64,000 bases of DNA from Candidatus Cloacimonadales bacterium (GCA_963674825.1 OY771587.1:1472001-1536000); one strand, 5' to 3'; positions 41,401 through 51,434 are shown, numbered from the stretch's first letter. Numbers and translations: made by a program. The notes: generated by a model from the letters alone, not told the origin.

Positions 41401-42589
41401 CTGAGTAGCCTTCCGAAGAAGCGGAGATGAAATCAAGGGTTTCGTCAGTATAGCTGTCGAAGTCCAAAGCCGGAGAGATCAGCCAGTCTTCGTTATCGAG
41501 CGCACCGCCAGAGTAACCGTTGGCGTATGCGTAATAATTGCCAGCGTATGAAGCGGCATACCACACCTGGTCACCGGTAACGCTGTAAGCTGTCCAGTTA
41601 CCGAGTGACGCACTTTCGAAGTCTTCACTGTTGATGACATCCGGTTCGGAATCGGTGGTTGCCTGAGCGGTCGGACGAGGATTGGTCAGACCATAAGTCG
41701 TGTTATAGTCGATATCTGTACCCGAATTGGTATAGGCATAGATTGCGTAGTAGTAGGTCACGCCATCGGCAAGGCCGGTCCAGGTGTAGCCGTTGCGTCC
41801 GTGCATGACATTGACTGCGCCTTCACCGTCAGTCATATCGGTATCATCAGCAACAGGTGTTCCGTCAATCGGGTTGGTGATGTCGCCATAGCCTGTTGTA
41901 CTGCATTTGATCAGGTAACCGTCAGCGGGGACGGTACCGTCGTTGTTGTCCCAGCTCAGGACGACTGTATCCCAACCATCGTTGGTTGCAGTGAAGCTTG
42001 CCGGGTGGTTGGAAGGCTCGGGATCCGGACCGCCGGTAGAGGTACCGGTAACAGTAACATCGTCAAACCAGATGTATTCGGAGCCGGAGTTACAGCTTGC
42101 TTCCATATAGATGACAAGAGTGGAACCGCTGAGGTTTGAAGCGGTAAAGGTCGTGGTATATGATGATTCGGGATCGGTAACATTACCGAATTCGACCGCC
42201 GCGCCACCGTCGAGAACGTAGGTTCCGATCAGATAGTCGGTCGCTTCGTAACCGGTAGCTGCAAATGCGACGTCAATCGAGATTGCTACATCTGTGTAGC
42301 CGGAGATGTCGATCGTTTCCGTCCACCATTCGACACCCAGTCCATCCTGCGTATCGTCAACATCCAATCCTTCAAACCGCAGACCATTGACCCACCAATA
42401 GTCACCGCTGACGACCGTTCCGTTTGTCGTGTCGATATTCCATTTTGTCACACCATCCATATCGATAGTGCCTTGATTGTCGCCTTTTCCGTCGATAGCC
42501 GGATCGTCAAAGTTTTCGATCCAGATCGTTTCGGCGCTCATCATGCTAAAAACGAGTAGCAGCGATAGAAATGCGAATAATCTTCTCAT
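38450..42589 (-). CDS. Large secreted multidomain protein: FN3-like, cleaved-adhesin-like, OB-fold, two lamin-tail domains, Calx-beta-like
   Basis: Signal peptide; EDWLISP; IHMIQG..SPYVGQ..GIVT..GYYLQDG; two INEI..EFxEIYN..LSNGGE..GTPG repeats; no YPNP tail. Confidence 0.8.
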   Translation of the reverse strand: MRRLFAFLSLLLVFSMMSAETIWIENFDDPAIDGKGDNQGTIDMDGVTKWNIDTTNGTVVSGDYWWVNGLRFEGLDVDDTQDGLGVEWWTETIDISGYTDVAISIDVAFAATGYEATDYLIGTYVLDGGAAVEFGNVTDPESSYTTTFTASNLSGSTLVIYMEASCNSGSEYIWFDDVTVTGTSTGGPDPEPSNHPASFTATNDGWDTVVLSWDNNDGTVPADGYLIKCSTTGYGDITNPIDGTPVADDTDMTDGEGAVNVMHGRNGYTWTGLADGVTYYYAIYAYTNSGTDIDYNTTYGLTNPRPTAQATTDSEPDVINSEDFESASLGNWTAYSVTGDQVWYAASYAGNYYAYANGYSGGALDNEDWLISPALDFDSYTDETLDFISASSEGYSGDDLYVMISNTYDGTSDPTGFAWTDLSSQCSFSAGGWAWTNSGTIDLSAFSGTVYVAFKYVSTTSAAHRWEIDDINILGFFQGGNLPPQISNVSIDPAAPGASDAVTVRADVVDDARSVSTVKCWWGTASGVLGNEIAMSIETGNTWVTNSVIPAQAGGTTVYYKIEAIDDQSDNAFSPEYNYTIATGITIHMIQGEVETSPYVGQIVTTSGIVTGLAYNGYYLQDGDGAWNGIWVYDTVNAPAEGDMVTVTATVAEYFGLTELSSVTGFNIVSSGNALPAIITITTAGLTEEYEGVLVKVLNAECVSIDSGSGQWQVDDGNGILEIDDQMLSGYVRTLGYDYDIIGIGNFSYEQYKLEPRYEADVTEYSVADTDPPTVDDVTVVDASTVVVDFNEDVEETSAQEIENYYIYSRTVLVTNAVRDDVDNSKVTLTVTGLTYGNFTIEINDVEDLSGNGTDGESFNFTYTEPALIELVINEINYNPPEAGTDTLEFIEIYNAGDSEVDLEGFYFGAGVTYTFLSGDVVAANDYFVVAVNATAFENFYGFQADAEWTSGGLSNGGEAITLVGADDAVVDEVTYSDSGDWPNLPDGNGPSLELIAPSLDNSLGINWSPSAVDYGTPGAQNSVYNIDTVVRFNPGFGEYNEDQGTFDLVLSITSPSETVATTVDVVLVYGDAAQVNNYTTQSVTFPANDGSDQTVTITITDDSAVEDADTLYFELQNIAGGTNAAIGSPDQYELVIIDDDVPPPALVINEILYNAIDTDDPWEFVEIYNADTETVDLNGVYFESGITYVFPEGASIAVGEYIIVALTAATYEGNGYQVFEWTDGALSNGGEAIELRTASGQVIDYVSYDDGGDWPSVCDGSGPSLELLGTNLDNSLAENWAASLVDYGTPGAENSVVGGIVEAPTDVVIVINGNNVELDWADVTNAAQYHIYRGTNPEMLTLYDSTTTSNYIDVDGAVGTKYFYKITADTEAPSTRRR

Positions 42590-42825
42590 CGATTTACTCC
42601 TTTTGCAGGGTATCTCCCCGTATTATTTTTCAGGATTTGGTACGATATTACAATTAGTGGCTCAGGGCTGTCAATGATTTTGTGTACAGCATTACGTGTT
42701 AACCGATTGTTAATGCGATAATTAATGATGCACTTCACAGCGGGAAAGTAACATAGTACAATTCACGGAAATCTCGTTAACACAAAAAAAACGGAGTCGC
42801 AAGGCATTTAAAAAGATAATGAATG

Positions 42826-44748
42826 TTAATCAATATCGATACAGGGACGTGACTTGGGTTGCTCCAATGGTATAAGTAACATGAATGTAGAGCCCTTACC
42901 TTCTTCCGATTCGATTTTCAGATCACCCTTGTTTGCCATAGCAAGTTCTTTCGAAAGAATCAAGCCCAGGCCGGTACCGGTCTCATTGTCCGTTCCCTTG
43001 CGGGAATTGGTCCGATCGATGATGAACATGTTGTCGAGAACGCTTTTCGACATTCCAATACCATGATCGATCACGGAAATGGAGTAATTCGAGCCGTCCT
43101 GATCGAGACGGATCGTGACAGTAGAGTACGGATAGCTGAACTTGATGGCGTTCGAGACAAGGTTTCGCAAGATTGTATAGACCATATCCGGATCGGCGTA
43201 AACCATACGATCAGTGTTCTGCTCGACTTCGATGCTGACCTTCTTTGATTCTGCGGAATAGAAGTAGAGCTCGCTGATCATGTGAATCAGGTCTATCATG
43301 CAGAACTCTTTGGGGCAATATTTGATTTCGCCGCGTTGCGTTCTGGCCCAGTCGAGTAGATTCTGAAGAAGTGTTGCCAGATTGCTGGCCGAGTGGTCAA
43401 TGATCTTGAGCACTTTTTCAATCTTGGGTTCATTTGAATGTACAGACTGAAGCTTAAGCAACTCTATTCCGCTGATAACACCACTGAGAGGCGTCTTTAG
43501 GTCGTGTGCAATAATGGATAGGAAGCGATCCTTGGCAGCGTTGGCTTTCGTCAGTTGTTCTTCACGCTGCGAGAGTCGTTCCAGCATTTCTTGAAGCTGT
43601 TTTCGCTGAGACTGGATTTCCTCGTTCTTTCGCGAAAGCTCTATATTCTGTTCCTGATGGAATCGCGCTTCCTGCTCGCGCTTCATCACTTCGTAATGCA
43701 CTTCAAGCTCGGCAACTCGCCGGGATGTTTTATCCGAATACAGCTTGGTAATCGCGTCGTTATAGACGTCATATTGCTCGAAAGTCTGTTCGTATGCTTC
43801 GTAAGCCGCACCATGTTGATTTCGTGCAGCCAGTATCTGAGCTTTTTTACGAAAATAGAGTGTCTTTTTCCGGGCAAGCCGCATCTCGGAATGATTACTT
43901 GGCTTTTTTTGGACAATCTCCTCTGCCTTGCGCATATATTCATCGGCTATCTCAATATGGCCAAGGTGGCTATGTGCCTCCATCAGGTTCAGAATGGTGC
44001 TGGTATCGTCTGTATGATCCCCATTCTTTGCCTTGAGCCTTAACGATTCTTGAAGATAATCGATAGCCTGCTCGAATTGATTCTCCTGCATGCAGATGGA
44101 ACCCAGGTTATTCAGGATATAAGCTTCACCGATGATATACTCATGCTCTCTGACCAGATCAAGCGCTTCCCGATAGCATTCGATCGCTTTTTCGGAATTA
44201 CCCATACGCCCATATATAATACCCATGTTATTGAGTGATCGGGAGTGCAGGATATAGTTATCAGTATTTTGCCAATAAGCTCTGACATCCTGTGCAAGCT
44301 CGAGCGCTTTTTCATGATTCTCTAGATCGGAAAATATCCGGAGAAAAGATTCCTTAACGCGGATGATGACCTTGGGATCGTTAAGCTGATTTGCCAGTTC
44401 GAGAGCTCTGACATTGCATTGGGACGCCAGTTCCATATCATTCATTCTCAGGTAATAATTACCCAGGGCATAATGCAACTTGACTTGATGCTCAATCAGG
44501 CCTTCCTGCTCAGCCAGCTCCAGCCCATGCTTGAACATGAGAACAGCGTCAACCTCGTTATTGAGCTGTTCGTAAGCAGTTCCAGCGCCAAGATACCCGT
44601 CGATCAGCGCAGGCTTGAGATCATGTTCTTGCGCGTATTGGATCAGCTCATGGGCAATTTCTAATGCCTTTTCGGGATCCTTCAGCACAATTTGTTCGAT
44701 CTCTCGCATTTTCCGCGTATTCAGATCAATGTCGGCTTTCTCGGTCAT
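42826..44748 (-). CDS. TPR-containing sensor histidine kinase
   Basis: TPRs (LNNMGIIY, LNNLGSIC); H-box AHDLKTPL; N-box NLVSNAIKF; DHGIG; GTGLGL. Confidence 0.92.
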   Translation of the reverse strand: MTEKADIDLNTRKMREIEQIVLKDPEKALEIAHELIQYAQEHDLKPALIDGYLGAGTAYEQLNNEVDAVLMFKHGLELAEQEGLIEHQVKLHYALGNYYLRMNDMELASQCNVRALELANQLNDPKVIIRVKESFLRIFSDLENHEKALELAQDVRAYWQNTDNYILHSRSLNNMGIIYGRMGNSEKAIECYREALDLVREHEYIIGEAYILNNLGSICMQENQFEQAIDYLQESLRLKAKNGDHTDDTSTILNLMEAHSHLGHIEIADEYMRKAEEIVQKKPSNHSEMRLARKKTLYFRKKAQILAARNQHGAAYEAYEQTFEQYDVYNDAITKLYSDKTSRRVAELEVHYEVMKREQEARFHQEQNIELSRKNEEIQSQRKQLQEMLERLSQREEQLTKANAAKDRFLSIIAHDLKTPLSGVISGIELLKLQSVHSNEPKIEKVLKIIDHSASNLATLLQNLLDWARTQRGEIKYCPKEFCMIDLIHMISELYFYSAESKKVSIEVEQNTDRMVYADPDMVYTILRNLVSNAIKFSYPYSTVTIRLDQDGSNYSISVIDHGIGMSKSVLDNMFIIDRTNSRKGTDNETGTGLGLILSKELAMANKGDLKIESEEGKGSTFMLLIPLEQPKSRPCIDID

Positions 44749-44989
44749 CTCTGCAATGCTTCCTTACGTGTTATTTTCCAATATTATAATCTTATATTGG
44801 AACGCATGCGACAATAATGTTCATTACCGGGCTTGTCCACAGAAAAATAAGACATAAAAATTTCTTGGGATATATCAATACACAGAGAGTGATGGATTAA
44901 CACATAGACAAAAAGCTTTACATGATTTCCGCTGCGGAGGAAATGGATAAACCTGACAATATACATGAAATGGAGAATCAAGCTGGAGT

Positions 44990-45961
44990 ATGGCGACAAG
45001 GAAAATACTGATTATAATTGCCGCGATCGTAACGGCGTTGTTGTTTGTTGAAATAACCATTCGGTTTGTTGTAGGATATCCAGTAGCTCCCGATCGGAAG
45101 CAATACATGTTTTTGCCCGGCGACGTCCATTTCAAGCACATATTGCTTTATGAACCATATTCTGTGGGTTGGTCTGTTGAGGGTGGAAACAGGAAATATT
45201 ACAGGAATAATCTTGGATTTCCAGGTTCGGATGTAATCATATCCGATACCCGTCGTCCAATCTTTCTTCTTGGATCTTCCTACATCGAAGCCCTCCAGGT
45301 ATCCCGCGATTCGATCGCGTCATCAATCTTTCAGCACTGCTTGCAATCATCCTCTCAGCCAGACTACCAGATCATCAATCTTGGAGAATCAAGGCTTGAC
45401 CCATATGCCGCATGGTATCGATGTCATTATTTCTCGAAAATATACTCGCCAGACAAGGTCGTACTGGTAATTGAAGGTTTCCATCCAGACTGGCTTCAAG
45501 ACTATGGCGACAAGATCTCATTTGAGATACCGGATAATTTTGGCAAGCCTTTGAATGTCTCTACGCGAAACCGTGTCGCTGAATTGGCGATTAAAAACTC
45601 AGCTTTCTTGAACCTTCTCCGAAAAGGGTCGGGAAACGCTGGCAAAGCCGAAGTTAAACCAGCAGAGGAGCAGCTTGAGGATGGTTCATCTATAATGCCC
45701 CTAACGCTTACCCTGTCGTTATTGAAATTCAAGGAGACTTACGGGAATAACTTTCTTCTAGTCTCGTTCGATAGCGAAAGCAGCGACAATCAGCAACTTC
45801 GTGATTTTTGCAATCAGAACGGTATCAATTTCCAGTGCTCAGAGGAAATCCTCAAGCCCGAATATCGTTTCGGTGGAAACGGTCACCTGAATGTGGAGGG
45901 TAACCGCCTATTGGGAGAGTTCCTCTATACTGCCTTCAGGAACACCTTCAAGCCGGAGTAG
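44990..45961 (+). CDS. Membrane-anchored SGNH/GDSL hydrolase-like protein
   Basis: N-terminal TM helix plus EITIR; NNLGF; LLGSSYIEA; IINLG; GHLNVEGN. Confidence 0.6.
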   Translation: MATRKILIIIAAIVTALLFVEITIRFVVGYPVAPDRKQYMFLPGDVHFKHILLYEPYSVGWSVEGGNRKYYRNNLGFPGSDVIISDTRRPIFLLGSSYIEALQVSRDSIASSIFQHCLQSSSQPDYQIINLGESRLDPYAAWYRCHYFSKIYSPDKVVLVIEGFHPDWLQDYGDKISFEIPDNFGKPLNVSTRNRVAELAIKNSAFLNLLRKGSGNAGKAEVKPAEEQLEDGSSIMPLTLTLSLLKFKETYGNNFLLVSFDSESSDNQQLRDFCNQNGINFQCSEEILKPEYRFGGNGHLNVEGNRLLGEFLYTAFRNTFKPE

Positions 45962-46056
45962 GCCGGCTGAACCTTACCCAATTTCAAACGCTTCCATCTG
46001 CACAAATATATTGACGCCCCGCGCCCCGCATTTCTTAGTTAGAAAAAGGAGGCTTC

Positions 46057-46344
46057 ATGGATCGTGAAAAGCTCTACCAGAAAGCTCGCCAGAGAGTCGA
46101 GGAGATCAAAGGATTTTACATGCATCTTATTATGTATATTGCTGTGAATGCAGGATTGTTCCTTATCAATCGTCATTCTTCTCCGGGTCACTGGTGGTTT
46201 TACTATCCTCTGTTCGGGTGGGGTATCGGCTTGATTGCCCATGCTGTCAGCGTGTTCGGTATTCCAGGCATTCTGGGCGAGGAATGGGAAGAACGTAAGA
46301 TCGAGAAGCTGGTTAAGAAGATGGAAGAACGCCAGAGTCGTTAG
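46057..46344 (+). CDS. 2TM domain protein
   Basis: ARQRVEEIKGFYMHL..Y..VN, WGIGL..H, WEERKI; AGGAGG RBS. Confidence 0.85.
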   Translation: MDREKLYQKARQRVEEIKGFYMHLIMYIAVNAGLFLINRHSSPGHWWFYYPLFGWGIGLIAHAVSVFGIPGILGEEWEERKIEKLVKKMEERQSR

Positions 46345-46405
46345 CTGGTGAATAACAGATAAGCATCAGAACCGGAAGTTGAAATAGAAAAGGCAGGAAA
46401 ATTCG

Positions 46406-47308
46406 ATGAAACCGAAGTTGATCGTGCACGGGGGAGCCTGGAGCATCCCCAACAAGATGATCGATCCCCATTTACTGGGTGTCGAGCAGGCAATTCGCGA
46501 AATATATCCACTGCTTGAAGACGGTATGTCCGCGCTGGACGCAGTCGAGAGAGCAGTCAATATCCTGGAAGAGGATCCGACGTACGACTCGGGCCGAGGT
46601 GCATTTCTGAACGCGAAGGGTGAGATAGAACTGGACGCGATGATCATGAACGGCGCTGACCTGAACATGGGCGCAGTCGCTTCGCTACAAAACCTACTCT
46701 ATCCCATCTCCGTAGCCCGGATGGTCATGGAAAAAACGGAGCATACGTTTCTGGTTGGCAAAGGAGCACAGGAATTTGCCAGAGCAATGGGATTCGTGGA
46801 GCTTGATCCCAGGGAACTCCTTACCGAACGCGAACTGGAGTTCTGGCACAAAGTTCGGAATGACCCCACGTTTGAAACACGCGATGTATTTCGTCCCCAA
46901 CCCAAAGGAACCTGCGGTGCGGTTGCGATGGACGAAAACGGTAATCTCGCGGTTGCGACATCGACAGGCGGCTCGCCGAGAAAGCTACCCGGAAGAATGG
47001 GTGATTCTCCAATTCCCGGAGCCGGAACCTGGGCGGATAATCATTCTGCGGCATGTTCCGTTACAGGTTGGGGTGAAGCGATTATGCGAGTGGTACTTGC
47101 AAAACACGCCAGTGATCTTTCTACAACCATCGGCGCAATGGAGGCATGCAGGTCGTCCCTGCATATGCTGAAGACGCGTGTGGACGGCGATGCTGGGTTG
47201 ATCATGATTGATCGTCACGGGAACTACGGATTCGCACACAATACTGATCGCATGGCTTTCGCGTACTGGGATCCGGACAAAGGCCTTGTATCGAGGATTG
47301 AAGCATGA
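46406..47308 (+). CDS. Isoaspartyl peptidase / L-asparaginase (Ntn hydrolase)
   Basis: IVHGGAW, ELDAMIM, autoprocessing site G-TCGAVA, ATSTGG, GRMGDSP, TGWGE. Confidence 0.92.
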   Translation: MKPKLIVHGGAWSIPNKMIDPHLLGVEQAIREIYPLLEDGMSALDAVERAVNILEEDPTYDSGRGAFLNAKGEIELDAMIMNGADLNMGAVASLQNLLYPISVARMVMEKTEHTFLVGKGAQEFARAMGFVELDPRELLTERELEFWHKVRNDPTFETRDVFRPQPKGTCGAVAMDENGNLAVATSTGGSPRKLPGRMGDSPIPGAGTWADNHSAACSVTGWGEAIMRVVLAKHASDLSTTIGAMEACRSSLHMLKTRVDGDAGLIMIDRHGNYGFAHNTDRMAFAYWDPDKGLVSRIEA

Positions 47309-48006
47309 AGACAATCGGCTTAATCGGAGGAACCACCTGGCACTCTACCGCAAAATATTACCAGCTTCTGAATGAAGGCGCAAATACACGCCTCGGTGGA
47401 ACGCACTCTGCCAGAATCGTTCTTGATTCGGTGGAATTCGCGGAATTCAGAGCGTTTCAAGACCAGGCATCCGATGACAAGATCGCGGACTACCTGGTAA
47501 CAAAGGCAAATGGCCTGAGATCCGTGGGGACCGATATTATCCTACTATGCGCCAATACATTACACAAGTACTACGATGCTATTCAGGAGAAGCTGGATAT
47601 CCCGATCCTGCACATCGCGGATGCACTTGGAGAGGAATTGGAGCGCTTTCACGTGAAACGTCCTGGAATCCTGGGAACCGCAATTACCATGTATGAGCCG
47701 TTTTATCGACATCGGCTTTCGAGTCGATATCAGATGGAGCCACAAATTCCGGAACACGAAAACGGCGAAGTGCTCAGCCAGGCGATTTACCAGGACCTTT
47801 CGAGAGGTGAAATCACCGATAATGCTCAAGTGAGCTTCGAAAATAGCGTGGAAGACCTTATAAAGAAAAACGCGGATGCCGTCGTACTAGGCTGTACCGA
47901 GCTTTATATGTTGAGAAAATTGGTGCCGGAAAGTGTGAAGGTATTCGACACACTCGATCTTCACGTAAAAGCGGCACTCAACTGGGCTATCGATACGAAC
48001 GAATAA
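47305..48006 (+). CDS. Aspartate/glutamate racemase family protein (RacX/YgeA-like)
   Basis: IGLIGG..W.ST; both catalytic cysteines present (CANT, GCTE); ATGA overlap with the upstream gene. Confidence 0.9.
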   Translation: MKTIGLIGGTTWHSTAKYYQLLNEGANTRLGGTHSARIVLDSVEFAEFRAFQDQASDDKIADYLVTKANGLRSVGTDIILLCANTLHKYYDAIQEKLDIPILHIADALGEELERFHVKRPGILGTAITMYEPFYRHRLSSRYQMEPQIPEHENGEVLSQAIYQDLSRGEITDNAQVSFENSVEDLIKKNADAVVLGCTELYMLRKLVPESVKVFDTLDLHVKAALNWAIDTNE

Positions 48007-48019
48007 ACTGGAGGTACCA

Positions 48020-48523
48020 TTGAAACGATTTTTGATGATCATTCTTGCCATTGCTATCGCGATGACATTCGGATGCCAGGGCAAAAAAGCAGCAGATGAA
48101 TCTAGACTCAATCTCACACCGGACGAAGAAGAATCGAAAGAAATAACCCAAAACGCGTACGATTTCCTCTTACCCATGAGTGAATCGAGCGCTACACTTC
48201 GCGAAGGCTTTGAACAACTCTCTGATGACCAGGGGGAATTCCACGAGAAGAACCATTACGTATATGTTTACGACTTCGCAGGCAACTGTGTCGCACATGC
48301 CGGCGATCCGTCGCTTCGCGGACAGAACTTGATCAAATACGCCGACGCTGAAGGCACGCTGATCGTTGAGAAGATGATCGAAAACGCACAGGAAAAGGGC
48401 GAAGGCTGGTTGTCGATCGCACTCAAGAATCCAGACACTGACGAGATTGAATACAGCCACGTTTACTTCAAGCGCCTTGGCGACCTTGACTATGTGATCG
48501 GCAGCGGCTATTTCAGGAAATGA
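48020..48523 (+). CDS. Stand-alone single-Cache domain lipoprotein
   Basis: GGAGG RBS and TTG start; lipobox-like TFGC; YVYVYD..G.CVAH, DAEG, GEGW, IGSGY. Confidence 0.8.
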   Translation: MKRFLMIILAIAIAMTFGCQGKKAADESRLNLTPDEEESKEITQNAYDFLLPMSESSATLREGFEQLSDDQGEFHEKNHYVYVYDFAGNCVAHAGDPSLRGQNLIKYADAEGTLIVEKMIENAQEKGEGWLSIALKNPDTDEIEYSHVYFKRLGDLDYVIGSGYFRK

Positions 48524-49749
48524 GGATTCTGCATCTTCTGGCACAGCGCCCGGGTAGGACAGGCAGTGGTATCAACCTGCTTTCTACGCTAAGCGCTGGT
48601 GCCGCTCGCGGTCATCAGCAGGCAGTTATCGCCGGAATCCCCCTTTCGGATCGCGATAACGATTTCGGATTTCCAGCGGGTACGGTCTTTGAGCCTGTTC
48701 TGTTCGAGACGGATGCGCTGCCTTTCCACGTGGTGGGAATGAGCGATGTGATGCCCTATCCATCTACCCGCTATCGCGACATGACGCCAGAGATGGTGGA
48801 GGCGTGGAAAAAGGCGTTTACGGGAACGATCGGCAAGATGATCGAGAGTTTTCAACCCGATATCATCCTATCGCATCACCTCTGGCTACTGACAACGCTT
48901 GCTGTAAAGCTGCGCGGCAGTCTGCCCGTCGTGGCATACGCGCACGGAACAGGGCTTCGTCAACTCGAGCTGGCCAAAGGCTTTGTGGAAGAAGTTACCT
49001 CGGGATGTCGCGGTGTTGACCTGGTGCTAGCGCCGAACGCCTTTCAGAAAGCGCGTATCGAGAAAGAATACGGGATCAAGAAGGTCATCGATATCGGAAA
49101 CGGCTATCGTTCGGAGCTATTTTATCGCACGGAGCGTACCTCGAATGAAAAGCTCAGGCTGATCTACGCCGGAAAGCTGAGCGCTTCCAAGGGTGTTCTG
49201 CAACTGATTCACGCTTTCGAGGCCATTGCCGACGAGAGGATGGAACTGACCATTGTCGGCTCTGGAAGCGGTGAAGAGGCTCAAGCGATCCGGCTGGCGG
49301 CTGGCAAATCGCCTGCTCCCATACGAATGATCGACGCGGTACCGCAGGAGAAACTGGCAGCCTATTTCCGTGAAAGCGACCTCTTTATATTACCGTCATT
49401 CTACGAAGGGATGCCGCTGGTTCTGATCGAAGCGGTAGCCTGCGGAATGCATTGTGTATGCACCGATCTTCCTGGTGTCCGGGAATGGCTGGAGCCAATC
49501 AACCCGATGCTGGTGGCGTTTGTTGCGATGCCACGGATGGCGTCTGTCGATTGCCCACACGATGAGTGTATTCCGGCGTTCGAAGCCGATCTCGTCTCAG
49601 CGCTAACGCGCCAAATCGAGGCGATAAGGCATAAACTTCCGATCGATTGGGATCGAACAGATCGTTTCATCCGTACCAAGTCATGGGGCGCAATCTTCGA
49701 GCGTATGGAGGAGCTGATGAAACACTTGACAGACAGGCACGACTCATAA
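48520..49749 (+). CDS. Glycosyltransferase family 4
   Basis: TGSG near the N-terminus; YAGKL..SKG; LPSFYEGMPLVLIEA (EX7E). Confidence 0.88.
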   Translation: MRILHLLAQRPGRTGSGINLLSTLSAGAARGHQQAVIAGIPLSDRDNDFGFPAGTVFEPVLFETDALPFHVVGMSDVMPYPSTRYRDMTPEMVEAWKKAFTGTIGKMIESFQPDIILSHHLWLLTTLAVKLRGSLPVVAYAHGTGLRQLELAKGFVEEVTSGCRGVDLVLAPNAFQKARIEKEYGIKKVIDIGNGYRSELFYRTERTSNEKLRLIYAGKLSASKGVLQLIHAFEAIADERMELTIVGSGSGEEAQAIRLAAGKSPAPIRMIDAVPQEKLAAYFRESDLFILPSFYEGMPLVLIEAVACGMHCVCTDLPGVREWLEPINPMLVAFVAMPRMASVDCPHDECIPAFEADLVSALTRQIEAIRHKLPIDWDRTDRFIRTKSWGAIFERMEELMKHLTDRHDS

Positions 49750-49785
49750 AACTCATCTCGAAATTTACAACATACGGAGGATTCT

Positions 49786-50397
49786 ATGAACAAGGTTTTC
49801 ATGATTTTGATGGTTCTGGCAGTGTGTTCGATGCTTGTCGCAGGCCCGAAAGACGAAGCAATCAGTAGTCTTGACACGGCCAAGGGATTTGTCTCGAAAG
49901 AGCAATACTCCAAAGCGGTTGAAGAGATTAACTACGCCCTGGCGAAAATCAATGAAATTCTCGCACAGCGACTTCTGGACCTGATTCCGGCCGCTCCGGC
50001 AGGATACACGCTGGATTCGAAGGATTCCGCAGGTCTTGGAACAGCCGGCTCATTTATGGGCTCAACCAACTCACTGGCAGCCGAAGCAAGCTACAGCAGC
50101 GAAAGCGGCTCATCCCTCTCAATTAATATTGCTGTTGGCGGTCTGATTGGTCAGGCAGCATCATTTGCCAGTATGGGTCAGATGTTCGGTGGTGCAGTAG
50201 CTGGAAGCTCGACCATTCGCATCAAGGGTTACACCGGAACGCTCGAATTCGATAAAGAAAATCAGTCAGGTACGCTGAGCCTGAAGATTGGTCAGGACAA
50301 GAGTGTGATGATCGAAGGTTCGATGATCGAATCTGGCGACATTCTCAAAGCACTGGCTGAAAAGATCGACCTGGCAAAACTGGAATCGGATATCTAA
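49786..50397 (+). CDS. Secreted hypothetical protein
   Basis: GGAGG RBS; signal peptide; 203 aa. Confidence 0.7.
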   Translation: MNKVFMILMVLAVCSMLVAGPKDEAISSLDTAKGFVSKEQYSKAVEEINYALAKINEILAQRLLDLIPAAPAGYTLDSKDSAGLGTAGSFMGSTNSLAAEASYSSESGSSLSINIAVGGLIGQAASFASMGQMFGGAVAGSSTIRIKGYTGTLEFDKENQSGTLSLKIGQDKSVMIEGSMIESGDILKALAEKIDLAKLESDI

Positions 50398-51434
50398 ACA
50401 GTCATGCGGAACAACTGAAGAGGCGCTTCTTTGCCTCGTAGCTGCATGGATCCTGCCGGCTCGAACTGCCGGTAGATCTCAAAGCTCAATCTTGAAGCGG
50501 TTGATTCGGAGATGTAAATCATCCCCGGATCAGCTGCTTTTTCTATTCTGGAGGCGGTGTTGACCACATCGCCAATTACGGTTAGATCGCTGCGATCCTT
50601 GGTTCCGATATCGCCCTGCAATACCTGCCCACTATTGATACCGATGCGTATTTGAATTGGTTTTTTATTGTTTTCGATCCGCTGCTGATTGAGCATGGGA
50701 AGCGCGGAATTCATGATTCTGTCTGCTGCGAGAACGGCATCGTTTGCATCGATGAACGTCGCCATAAGTGCGTCGCCAACGAATTTATCGATATCGCCCA
50801 GCGTCTCGCGCGTGATCACATCGCAGATGCCGAAAAGCTCGTTCAGCATGCTAATCGCTTCCTGAGCGCCATATTGCTCGGTATAGCTCGTGAAACCGAC
50901 GACATCCATATACAGGATGGTCAATTCACGCATTTTTGTCTCCGAACTTTTATTGCTTGTAGCAAGTTGCTTGACCTCTTCAAATGTCGCTGTCGAGACA
51001 TAACGCTGTATCAAGCGCTGAAACTTCTCCTGCAGGATCCGGTAGTTCTCTGAATCGGAGATATCACGAAACACTTCGATGGAGGCGACTACATTTCCAC
51101 GTTCGTCTTTGATCGCTGAGATATGCGTTTCCACGGGGAAGCGCTTACCGTTACGATGAAGCGGATAGACTTTCGCCCGTTGCGGTTCAGCTGTAGCGAA
51201 AACCTTCAGGATCGGGCAACTTCCCGTGCAGAGAAGCTTTCCATTCTCATCGATGTGGTTCAGGATGTCGTCTTTACATGATTTCCCTATCACTTCCGCA
51301 CGGCTATAGCCGGTCATCTCTTCCGCACCACGATTCCAGAAAAGGATATTTCTATCGGGATCAACGATGTAAACACCGTCAAATATAGAGTCGAGATATT
51401 TCTCGATATCCGATGTAAGAATATTTTGCCTCAT
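50394..51434 (-). CDS. PAS-domain class III adenylate/guanylate cyclase
   Basis: PAS (WNRGAEEMTGYS); DVVGFT; DKFVGDA; IGINSG; TVIGDVVNTASR. Confidence 0.92.
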   Translation of the reverse strand: MRQNILTSDIEKYLDSIFDGVYIVDPDRNILFWNRGAEEMTGYSRAEVIGKSCKDDILNHIDENGKLLCTGSCPILKVFATAEPQRAKVYPLHRNGKRFPVETHISAIKDERGNVVASIEVFRDISDSENYRILQEKFQRLIQRYVSTATFEEVKQLATSNKSSETKMRELTILYMDVVGFTSYTEQYGAQEAISMLNELFGICDVITRETLGDIDKFVGDALMATFIDANDAVLAADRIMNSALPMLNQQRIENNKKPIQIRIGINSGQVLQGDIGTKDRSDLTVIGDVVNTASRIEKAADPGMIYISESTASRLSFEIYRQFEPAGSMQLRGKEAPLQLFRMTV

